Shown: positions 48,200 to 59,300 of the stretch, one piece after another
How the letters are laid out: every line of letters begins with the position of its first letter
Position numbering within the stretch: the stretch's first letter is position 1
Origin: Azolla caroliniana
Taxonomy: Eukaryota; Plantae; Polypodiophyta
Assembly (NCBI GenBank): GCA_043228905.1
Contig: JBHGNT010000003.1
Span: forward strand, 18,352,001 to 18,416,000
DNA: 64,000 bases
Direction of reading: 5' to 3'
The notes under the pieces: model-generated
Database searches by the model: none
What the model was told of the DNA's origin: nothing
What the model saw: the letters and a program-made list of their open reading frames with translations, nothing else
Program-made: the position numbers and the translations under genes

Positions 48200-50824
48200 G
48201 TGGTACGGGTACAGTGAGTACACGGCACATCATTATGCGTACATGACTAAGGTGGCGGAAGTGTGTGAGCTGGAGAGCTACGTAGAAGCGGCGAAGGACG
48301 CAAATTGGCGTGCCGCTATGGAGGAAGAAATGCGGGCACTTGATGCCAACAACACATGTGACCTAGTTGACCCTCCCCGACATTGTAAACCAATCGGATG
48401 TAAGTGGGTGGACAAGGTAAAGTACAATGCCGATGGTTCGGTTAACCAGTACAAGGCCCGGTTAGTGGTGAAGGAATGCACACAGACCCATGGAATCGAC
48501 TACGACGAGACCTTCACTCTGGTAGCGAAGATGACGACGGTTCGTGTGGTGCTGGCAGTTGCTGCGGCAAGGGGGTGGCATCTTCACCAGATGGACGTGA
48601 AGAATGCATTTCTTCAAGGCGATCTTGAAGAAGAGGTCTTTATGACACAACCCCCCGGTTTCCAGTCGGAGATGAACAAGTCGGCGGTATGCCGGCTGAA
48701 GAAGTCACTTTATGGCCTGAAGCAAGCCCCCCGAGCTTGGAATGCAAAGATCACGCACCGGTTGCGTAAGATGAGGTTTGTGGCCTCCAAGTCCGACTCT
48801 TCATTGTTCATCTGATAAGCTTCGGACGGTCCGGTTTGCATATTGTTGTATGTTGATGATCTAGTCATCACCGGACCCGGACTCGATGAAATCGGCGGAG
48901 TCAAGTCCCAACTGTCGGAAGCATTTGAGATGAAGGACCTGGGGGACCTTCACTATTTCCTTGGGATCGAGGTGATCCGAACCCCTGACGGCATTTTACT
49001 CTCACAAAGACACTATGTGTTGAATATGTTGTACAAGTTCGGCATGACGGAATGCCAACCAATCTCCACACCCCTGGACCAAAACCAAAAGCTCCGTCTC
49101 GACTTCGGACCGGCCTGCGATGAGAAGTGATTCCAACAAATCATCGAAAGCCTTATATATTTGACAATTACCCGACCCGACATCAGTTATCCGGTCGACG
49201 TGATCAGCCAATATATGCAGAAGCCGACCGTGGAGCACCTTCTGTGTGCGCATCGAACTTTGCGATATGCGAGTGGCACGAAGGACCGAGGATTGTTATA
49301 CCTACATTGTATAACCGAAGAGCTAGTCGGCTACATCGATGCCGACTGGACTGACAATGCATGGGATCGTCGATCCACCTCTGGCTATATGTTTTCCCTT
49401 GGTAGTGCAGTTGTTGTGTGGAGCAGCAAAAAGCAGCCAACAGTGACCCTTTTGAGCACTGAGGCTGAATACCGAGGCACTACCATTGCCACTTGTGAAG
49501 CCATTTGGCTTCGGCGACTGCTGCAAGACTTGCGGATCGAGGTGCTGACCCCGATCCTGATCTACTGCGACAACATCAGCAGCATGCAGCTCACCAAGAA
49601 CCTCGTATTCCATGCTCGCACAAAGCACATAGAAGTGCACTACCACTTCGTGCGTGAGCGTGTCCTGAGCGGTGAAGTCGAACTTCGGTATGTTCATACG
49701 GATCGGCAAGTTGCCGACATCTTCACCAAACCGCTCGGATCGGACAAGTTGCAACACTTCACTGAAATGCTTGGTGTTCAGCATCTCGACATGCCACACT
49801 TGAGGGGGAGAATGGGCAAAGACACCGGAAGGGGCAAAGGCAAAGAAGCTGCCAATTGCGCCGGTGAGGGTAGAACCGATAGAGGGAGAGACAAGAAGAA
49901 GAAAGGAGCCGAGTCGACAAAGGAAGTTGACACATCCAAACAAGTCGGAACAAGCGGCAACAGCGGCAGAGTCAAGAAGGACAGAGCCGACCGGAAGAAG
50001 AAGGCCAAGACCCGGACATGGTCCGATGTGGTGAAGGGCTTTGAACCAGAAGACAAATCGGGAGCGATTGATTCGGACAAGAGCTGGAACAAATCGGAGA
50101 CAGCTGATTCGGTTCAACAGACGAATTCGGAAGAACTGTATCAATTCAAGGCCAAGAGGACGAGATGGCAGTGAAAGTCGACGCCAACACGAAGGAATCG
50201 GCGAATCGGCAAGCGCCGAAGTCACAGCAGCAAGGGAGCTTAATTGGGCCTGTTGAGTAGACAAGCCGACCGAGGAGGTCGAGGTGCGTAGAATCAGAGG
50301 GGTCGTGGCAAACAGGACCGGATGAGGAGCGCGAGCAAGGCGAAGTGACACCAGAAGGAGTCGGGTGGAAGGGTCGGCTGCCATGGAGACTAACACTACG
50401 ATCCGACCTCAAGTTGAGCTTGAGGGGCAGTGTTGAGCGGCAAGCTCAACCGGATCCAGATCGGCATCCAGAAGGATGAACCAGATTAGTGACCCGGTTA
50501 GCTAGATCAAACAATAACCAGAAGCCTAGTAGCAGCCTAGACTACTAGGTAGTTAATAGTCTCGTAGTTAGTGTCAGACACTCGTGTGAGCATTGAAGTA
50601 CACGGTACTTCTGTCAGTCCTCTTAGGACTTGTATAAATAGTGTTGTTGAGCACGTTGTATAGAGACATAGAACTATTATTGTTTTGTAATAGATTTTTA
50701 ACGTTCTCCTCATTCTCTGTCTCTCCCGCGTACACTCTGTGTTTCTTTTTCTCTCTCTCTCTCTCTATCTGTTGCTATCCGGCGAAGCCGGTTTGTCTAA
50801 CGCTTCCGCACCTTCGTTTTTACA

Positions 50825-51126
50825 CATGTATGTATGTGTTAGATGTGTGTGTGAGTATATGCTCTATACATGTGCATATGCATGTGTGTGTATGTATGTG
50901 TTGTTTGTGTGTGTTATATATATGTGCATATGTATGTATTGTATTGTATGTATGGAATGTGTGTATGTGTGTATTTATGTGTTAGATGTGTGTGTGAGTA
51001 TATGTTCTATACACGTGCATATGCATGTATTGTATTGCTTGTGTGATGTATGTATGTGTTGTTTGTGTGTGTTATATATATGTGCATATGTATGTATTGT
51101 ATTGCATGTGTTTGTATGAATGTGTT

Positions 51127-51167
<41 letters not shown>

Positions 51168-51872
51168 CTATATATGTGCATTTGTATGTATTATATTGCA
51201 TGTGTTTGTATGAATGTGTTGTGTGTGTGTTCTATATATGTGCATATGTATGTATTGCATTGCATATGTATGTATTGCATTGCATGTGTATATATGTATG
51301 TGTGTGAGAGTATATATTCTATACATGTGCATATGTATGTATTGCATTGCATGTGTATATATGTATGTGTGTGAGAGTATATATTCTATACATGTGCATA
51401 TGTATGTATTCTATTGCATGTGTGTATGTATGTATGTATGTGTTGTGTCTGTGTGTATTTCTTTTACATACCTGTAAAAATTTTATGAACAGTAGTTGTG
51501 GCAGCGGCTACAGAGGATAGAGGCGACCAATGGCGACACAACGAGGCGAGATAAGGCAGCACAACGAGGCGAGCAGAGGCGGCACAACGAGGTGAGCAAA
51601 GGCAACAATGACAATATGAAGAGAACAAATGAAGTTGCAAGGAGAGTAGAAGCAACAAAAACTAGGAGAATAGGGGCAACAACAAAGAGGAGAACAAAGG
51701 CAACAAAACCAAGAGAGTAGAGGAGGCAGGATTAGGCGGCAAAATGAGGCGACAAAACTCAAAATTAAAAAGTGTGAATGTATGTATCTATGAATGAATG
51801 AATATATGAAATTTGAATGCATGAATTATATGTATACATGTATGAATATATGTATGCTTGCATGAATGTATG

Positions 51873-51935
<63 letters not shown>

Positions 51936-52904
51936 AATGTACATATTATGTAATGTATGTATGTATGTATGAATATATATATGTATACATACATATGTGT
52001 ATATATCTAATATGTAATATGTAATGTATCTATGTATGAATGTACATACGTGTATATGCAATATGTAATGTATGTATGTATATGTATATAATGTACTTAT
52101 GTAATGTATGTATGTATGAATGAACATTAATATGTATACATACATATGTGTATATATCTAATATCTAATATGTAATGTATGTATGTATGAATGGACATAT
52201 ATATATATGTATACATACATAATATGTGTATATATCTAATATGTAATATGTAATGTATGGATGTATGGATGTACATATGTGTATATGCAATATGTAATGT
52301 ATGAATGTACATACGTGTATATGCAATATGTAATGTATGTATGTGGATGTTTGTTTGTAATATGTTCGTAATATGTATGTATATATGTACATATTCTAGT
52401 TTGTATGACCCCATGTGACCTACATATATGCTAATATATGGAATATGTATGTATGTATGTATGTATGTGTATGAGTGTATGTTTGTAAAATCTATACAAG
52501 TATCATTTTGGAATCTGTGGCCTTGGCAGCCAAATCTAATCAAAAGTTGGCCGTTGTTATGCTTGATTTTGAGAGGCCGTTGTTATGCTTGATTCATGAC
52601 AACCAACTATGGTACTCCTTATTGGCATTTTCAACCTCTGAAATGGTTGTTTCCCCCCCAATCACATAGAATTTAAATCTTGTAAAAATGGTTACACTAA
52701 TGACAGGATATCTTCTTTAAAATAAAATAAAATAAACTATACACGTATCATTGTAACCATAATTACGCATATACGTGTAGCAATGTATAAATGAATATAT
52801 GCATGTCCATGTATGAATGTACATATGTGTATGAATATGTAATGTATGTATATTTGTATGTGTATGCATATGTGCATATATGTGTGTGTGGATGTTTGTT
52901 TGTA

Positions 52905-52956
<52 letters not shown>

Positions 52957-53302
52957 CTAATATATGTATGTATGTGTATGTATATGTATGTATAAAAGAC
53001 TATATGTATGTCCATGTATGAATGTACATATGTGTATGCATATATGCATATGTAAATGTACATGATTCAATGTGTATGGATGTGTGATTGTAATATGTGC
53101 ATAATATCTATGTATATATCTAATGTATATATGTGTATGTATATGTAGCAATGTATAAATGAATATATGTATGTCCATGTACGAATGTACATATGTAATG
53201 TATGTTGTGTATGCATATATCCATATGTAATGTATGTATGTATGTATGTATGTATGTATGTATGTATGTATGTATGTATGTATGTATGTATGTATGTATG
53301 TA

Positions 53303-53341
<39 letters not shown>

Positions 53342-54506
53342 GTGTGTATGTGTATATGTGTGTATGTGTGTTGTGTATGGATGTATGTATGTTTATGTAT
53401 GTATGTGTATGCATATATCCATATGACAATGTCATGATTCAATGTGTATGGATGTGTGATTGAAACATGTGCATAATATTTATGTATATATCTAATGTAT
53501 GTATATGTAGTAATGTATAAATATGAATATAGGTATGTCCATGTATGAATGTACATATGTGTATGCATATGTAATGTATGTATGTATATGTATATGTCAA
53601 TGCACATGATTCAATGTATATGAATGTGTGATTGTAATATATGCATATGCAATGTATGTATGTACATGCATGAATGTACATATGTGTATATATGTAATAT
53701 GTAATGTATGTATGTTTAACAGTGGTTTCATATATGCATACATGAGTGTGTGGATGTTTGTTCGTAATATTTATGTATGTGTATGTATATATGTATTTAT
53801 TGTAGTTGGTGATGATATGTATGTACATATGTAATGTATGTATGTATGTGTATGTAACGTATTTATGTGTATGGATGTTTGTTTGTAAAACTAATAACAT
53901 TGCATGCATATGTACGTATATATATGGTGATATGTGGAACATGTATGTACATATGTAATGTATGTATGTGTATGCATATATATATATGTCAATATACATC
54001 ATTCAATGAGTATGAATGTGTTTGTAATACGTGCATAATATGTATGTATATATCCAATGTATGTATGTGTATGTATATGTGTGTGTGTATGTGGTTATAT
54101 GTATGTAAATGTATGAATGTATTTATGTATGTATATTTTGGGGATATTTTCATGTTTAGTATGTATATGGCTCATATATGGATGTATGTTTGTAATATGT
54201 ACGTAATATGCATGTATATATCCAATGTATATATCTAATGTGTGTGTGTGTGTATGTAAGTATTGTGGTTTGTATGGTCCAATATAATCTATATATATGG
54301 TGATATGTGGAATATGTATGTACATATGTAATATATCTATGTATGATATGTAATTTATGTATGTGCAATTTTGTATATTGTGAAATAGGTATGGATTATA
54401 TGCTATGTAATATATAATTTATTTATGTGTGTGTGTGCACGTGTATATACATATAATATATGTAACTTGTTTGTAAATTGTAAGTATAAAGATTTGTATA
54501 CATATA
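50825..54506. repeat. (TG/TA/TATG)n degenerate satellite, part 2
   Basis: Long low-complexity tract with pure (TG)n, (TATG)n and (TATATG)n runs. Confidence 0.95.
52495..52736 (+). mobile_element. Internally deleted LINE remnant: RT fragment fused to the ORF2 3' end and an A-rich tail
   Basis: ESVALAAKSNQKLAVVMLDFE (compare EATAVAVKNKQNLAVLLLDFEK), then WHFQPLKWLFPP[P]IT* (compare VWLFPPPIT*), then (AAAAT)n. Confidence 0.75.
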
Positions 54507-54560
<54 letters not shown>

Positions 54561-54589
54561 ATTTTTTTTCATGAGAGAGAAAAAACGAG

Positions 54590-56335
54590 ATGGAGGAACA
54601 GGGAAGAGAGAGAACGCAGCAGAGAGCCACCTCAACGACACAACAGGGGAACTCTAAAGAAGCAGCCCCGCCAACCGAATCTGAGGAGCGGCCTCTACCG
54701 ATCGTATTCTCGACAGAAGAAGAGGCTGAATTCAAATCAGAGATTCAGCACCTAACTCAACTCTCGGTGATCTGCAGAGTGGTGGGAGCTCGGCCGAATA
54801 GAGGTGAGTGTAAAGATTTATTACAAGCATCTATGCATGGATTAATTGGTAGAATAATAGATGTCCAATTCATGGGACGAGGATTTTATCATGTGGAATT
54901 GGATACAATCGAATCAGTGGGAATAATGTTGGAGCATAGTCCTCTTGATGTAAGAGGTGCCCGTGCATTTGTGATGCCTTGGAAACAAGGTTTTAATCCG
55001 GTGGAGGCAATACGGAAAGGAGATCGGATATTTCCGTTAACGATTGTCTTCCCGGGATTACGTAAGGAGTATTTACCGATGCTTGAAGCAATAGCTTCAA
55101 GGATCGGAACTGTAGTGAGGGTCCAAGAAAGTATGGCTATGCGATTAAGTAAAATGTCAGGATTTCCGTCAGCCCGAATCTTGGTAGAATCACTCGAAAA
55201 CTTACCGACAAAGGTAAGGCTACCAAATGAAGAAGGGGATTTTATAGAACAAAAGGTGGAGTTTGCCGGGCTCCCTGGACAATGCTTCTATTGTCGGCAA
55301 ATGGGACATTTAGCCAAGAATTGCCCAAGGAGAAATATTAAATTGGGGGAAAAAAAACGTTGTTGCGAATATTGTAAACAAGAAGGGCATGAGGCAGATA
55401 AATGTCAAGAGAAACTAGCCTCAGATTGTATGGGTGTACGGGCACAAGGGGAAACAAGAGACACTCAATGGATAAATGTAAAGGCTAAGCATGGATGCAA
55501 GACACGTACGGTGCCTATGCAAGAGACGTGTCTCACCCCTAATGCGTATAATGCATTGGACATAGAAATTGATACACAAGAACAACCAACATCCACTACT
55601 GAGATAAGGGGGAAAATTGTTAGTACCATCCAACCAAATGATGGATGTGTCAAGGCAAAAACATTTCGTTCAAAAAGAACAATACAATCACAAAAATTGG
55701 ATAATGCGATTACAATAAGAACATGTGGGATGTTGAAGGAGGATACCGGAAATGGTGGCTTTTCCATACTTGATTATGCAGCCCCCTTTGGGCATGAGTT
55801 CACAAAACATTTGGGTGTTAAAGATGTTCATGAACCCAATGCAATAAGGGTCCATGTTTTATTTAGACAAAAACAAGTGGAAAACTCATTGGTCGGTTAC
55901 TCCTTTCCATTATGTGGTTATGAGAGAAATGACATATGGAATCAACCGAATGTTATGTTGGCCATGAGAGGACAAGTTTTGTATTTTGCCAAATACGTGC
56001 AAAATCCTCAATTGGGGGAAACAATATTGAGGGGGTTAGAGAATGCAAGTTGTTTAGTGGTTCCGTATTTGGATGCAATGAACCGCAAGCATGTTGTATT
56101 GGATGTACCTTCCGATATATTGTTTGATTTTGGATATGTTTATATTCATGAAGATGATGTGCCGGAAAGCCAAGCCAAGGCTCGGGCCCATCATCATTGG
56201 AGATTCATTAAAGAAGGTTGTGAAATACTCAAAAGCCAAATGGTGATTATGGGAGATGGGGGTGGCGTAAGCTCCGTGGAACCATCCTCTAAGACTCGTA
56301 GGATCGGGTCCGGTTCGGCCTCTAACAATTGTTGA
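54590..56335 (+). CDS. LINE ORF1p (DUF4283/RRM-like region plus two CCHC zinc knuckles)
   Basis: MGRGFYHVEL..PWKQGFNP, CFYCRQMGHLAKNC, CEYCKQEGHEADKC. Confidence 0.9.
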   Translation: MEEQGRERTQQRATSTTQQGNSKEAAPPTESEERPLPIVFSTEEEAEFKSEIQHLTQLSVICRVVGARPNRGECKDLLQASMHGLIGRIIDVQFMGRGFYHVELDTIESVGIMLEHSPLDVRGARAFVMPWKQGFNPVEAIRKGDRIFPLTIVFPGLRKEYLPMLEAIASRIGTVVRVQESMAMRLSKMSGFPSARILVESLENLPTKVRLPNEEGDFIEQKVEFAGLPGQCFYCRQMGHLAKNCPRRNIKLGEKKRCCEYCKQEGHEADKCQEKLASDCMGVRAQGETRDTQWINVKAKHGCKTRTVPMQETCLTPNAYNALDIEIDTQEQPTSTTEIRGKIVSTIQPNDGCVKAKTFRSKRTIQSQKLDNAITIRTCGMLKEDTGNGGFSILDYAAPFGHEFTKHLGVKDVHEPNAIRVHVLFRQKQVENSLVGYSFPLCGYERNDIWNQPNVMLAMRGQVLYFAKYVQNPQLGETILRGLENASCLVVPYLDAMNRKHVVLDVPSDILFDFGYVYIHEDDVPESQAKARAHHHWRFIKEGCEILKSQMVIMGDGGGVSSVEPSSKTRRIGSGSASNNC

Positions 56336-59300
56336 TGAGGCTCCTCACATGGAATGTTCAGGGCTTGGGAGGTCCCTTATACCGAAGATATAGAGGTAGG
56401 TTAAGGCAGGAATTACAAAAGTGTCTCACGAATGGATCGTTGGACATTATGATGTTTCAAGAACATCATTTGAATGAGCAAAGAATAAGGAACTATGGCA
56501 CTATATTACCTGGTAGTTGGGAGATGTTTTGGTCCCCGGCTATTGGCACTAGTGGTACACAAGGCGGGGTGTGTATGGCAATTGCACATCATTGGAAATC
56601 AAGCATTATATGCAAAGAGATCATTGTGCCAGGAAGAGCACAATATATTGTATTACAAGATTTACATACAACTTGGGGTTACTTGAATATCTACGCGCCA
56701 AATCATGCATCGGCTAGGAAACACTTTTGGTGTGAAATTACAAATGCATTACCAAATGTGTCTCATTGGTGTGTTGCAGGGGATTTTAATATGCTTGAGG
56801 ACCCAGAGGATAGGAAAGGTGGGAGTGTTTCAACAATTCATGGGGAGGAATTAGCAGTATGGGAACGGATGTGTTTGAAATTGAGTATTTTGGATGCATG
56901 GCATATGCCTAATGTTTATAGATCTCAGAATTCCTTGAGTTTCTCACGTTCGGATAGGAGAATAGCTGGAACCAATCTTTCAAGATTGGATAGATTTTAT
57001 GTGGGGGAGGCCTTTGTCTTAAATGGGGGAAATATCACTATTATGCCAGGCACAACTTTCTCTGATCATGCTCCTGTTATATTGAGAACCTTTGGGCAAT
57101 CGAAAAGGGAGTCCATACGATTTAGGATACCCGAAAAAGTAATGTTACATGATAGATGGTATAATCAAGTGACAGATATTTGGCAGAACAAAGATAATAT
57201 GGATGCTCCCATTACAATCAAAGTGGCTTGTGCTTTGACAGAGATATCACAATATTTTGCGTTAAAATCAAGATCTGAATATATGGAATATCTGGAGAAG
57301 GAAAGAAGGATGAGGGAAAGATTGATATCTTTGCAAAGATTGCAACAGGGTCGACCAGAGTGTGCGTGGATAGCTTCACATCTTGAAGAAGCCCGAAAAC
57401 AAGTTCAACATATGGAAGAATGTCGTAGTCAATTTAGGTATCACAATTCTGCTTCAAGATGGACGCAAATTGGGGATAGATGTACAAAACAATTTTTTAA
57501 TATTAAAGGCCCCAAAAGAGTCTCTAATGTAACCTGTTGTTTGCGGAATGAAACTGGCGAACTTGAAATGGATCCAAATGTTGTGCGGGTAATTGCCACG
57601 AAATTCTACGCTACCCTTTTGTCAGAAGAGCCTATCTCTGAGGAGATAAGCCAAAATAGAATGAAGGTCTGGGCGGAAATTCAACCCAAGGTTACTCAAG
57701 CAATGCAAGATTCATTGTTGTCACCTATTACAGAATTGGAGTTGGAACAAGCGCTACACTCTTTATCGGACAATAGTTGTCCTGGAGTGGATGGATTTAC
57801 ACCTAAATTCTACAAGAAATATTGGGGGATACTGAAGAAAGACTTAAAAGATGCTTACCAACATATGTTTGAAAGTGGAGAGATGCCCATGTCGTTATCT
57901 GAGGGGCTTATTTATCTTATACCTAAAACAGAAGGAGTTTCAGAAGATATTCGTAAGTGGAGGCCAATCACCCTCTTGAATACTAGTTATAAGCTATTTG
58001 CAAAGTTGCTTAGTTCTCGGTTACAAGAGGTATTACCAAAGATAATTCATGTATCGCAAACTGGTTTTATGAGGGAAAGGAGTATTATGGATAATGTTTT
58101 TACATTTTGGGAGGCTACTGCAGTAGCGGTAAAAAACAAACAAAATCTAGCCGTGTTGCTTTTAGATTTTGAGAAAGCGTATGATAGGGTTGACTGGAAT
58201 TTTTTGGAAGGTACTATGCATCACTTGGGCTTCAACACGGCATGGATTAAAGGTGTTTCTTGTCTTTATAGAAATGCACACAGTCAGGTGTTGTTGGCAG
58301 GTGGAGTAGGACCTCGTTTTAACATTACTCGATCAGTTCGCCAAGGATGTCCACTTGCACCATTTTTGTTCCTTCTGTTTGCGGAAGCAATGCATGCATT
58401 TATATCATCACAATCTATAGGCTTGCGTGGTTTGGCAATGCCTATGCATGGACAAGATATATTGGACTCGGAATTTGCAGATAACACTGCATTATATGTG
58501 GATGGGACTCTAACGAATTTGCAACAAGTACAAGGGGCTTTGTCACAGTTTTGTATAGCGTCTGGAGCTAAGTTAAATTGGGAGAAAACTGTTGCATTTT
58601 GGGTAAGCAAGGAGCCGACGCCTTGTTGGGCACCTCATCATACTTTCCAATGGACTCAAAGAGGAGTTGCGGTTCGATATCTTGGAGTGCAGGTTGGGAT
58701 TGATTTGGTTCCAGAATTACATGTTGCACCATTACTATTAACTTTGAGGAAAAAATTATTCTTGTGGAGTCATGCTAAACTATCTTTGGCCGGTAGAGTG
58801 ATAGTTGCCAACCATGTGCTACTATCTACGGTGTGGTATATAGCCTCATCTTGGATCTTTTCAAAATCGTGCATTGGACAAATTCGAAGGCTGGTTAGGA
58901 ATTTTATATGGGCTGGGGAAGATAAGAGTCATGTAAGAGCGAAGGTGGCTTGGAGTACATTGATAACCCCAAAACAATACGGTGGTTTGGGGATTATAGA
59001 TCCATTAGACCAATGCATGGCTTTGTTAGCAAAACTAATAATTCGTGGCCTTTTACCAGGACATGCTCCTTGGAAGCAATTACTTATGCAAAGATTGTAT
59101 AGTTGTGCTCCGTCGATGGGTGGATTATGGGCTGATAGCATAAGGTGGATTTTTATACCAGACAAGAAACATGTTATGTCTAGGAATTGGGAAGACAAAT
59201 TTTTTAATGGTCTTCTACGAGCATGGGAGCATGTACATAAAGGGTTGGAACATGGTGTACCAACATGTGAGGAGGAATACTTGAGACAAAACTTAGTGTG

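Larger units (their letters stand above)
43931..50174 (+). pseudogene. Disrupted Copia gag-pol of element 3
   Basis: Gag KLDRSNYTFW, protease WYVDSGA split at 44945, [24 protein letters not shown] and TKHIEVHYHF. Stops and frameshifts. Confidence 0.92.
43421..50824 (+). mobile_element. Degenerate Copia element 3 with two nested solo LTRs
   Basis: Diverged LTRs at 43421-43838 and 50431-50824 (TG..CA, one indel). TSD CATGT. PBS TGGTATCAGAG at 43839-43849. PPT TGAGGGGCAG at 50421-50430. Confidence 0.95.

Noticed and set aside
51480-51765. Purine-rich GAGGCGA/CAACAA island within the satellite
   Set aside because: Low-complexity, with no termini, TSD or coding signal I can support.
50739-54368. 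Many C/V/Y/M- or H/T/I/Y-rich ORFs (also 42764-43527 and 60687-61557)
   Set aside because: Translations of (TG)/(TATG) microsatellite, not genes.
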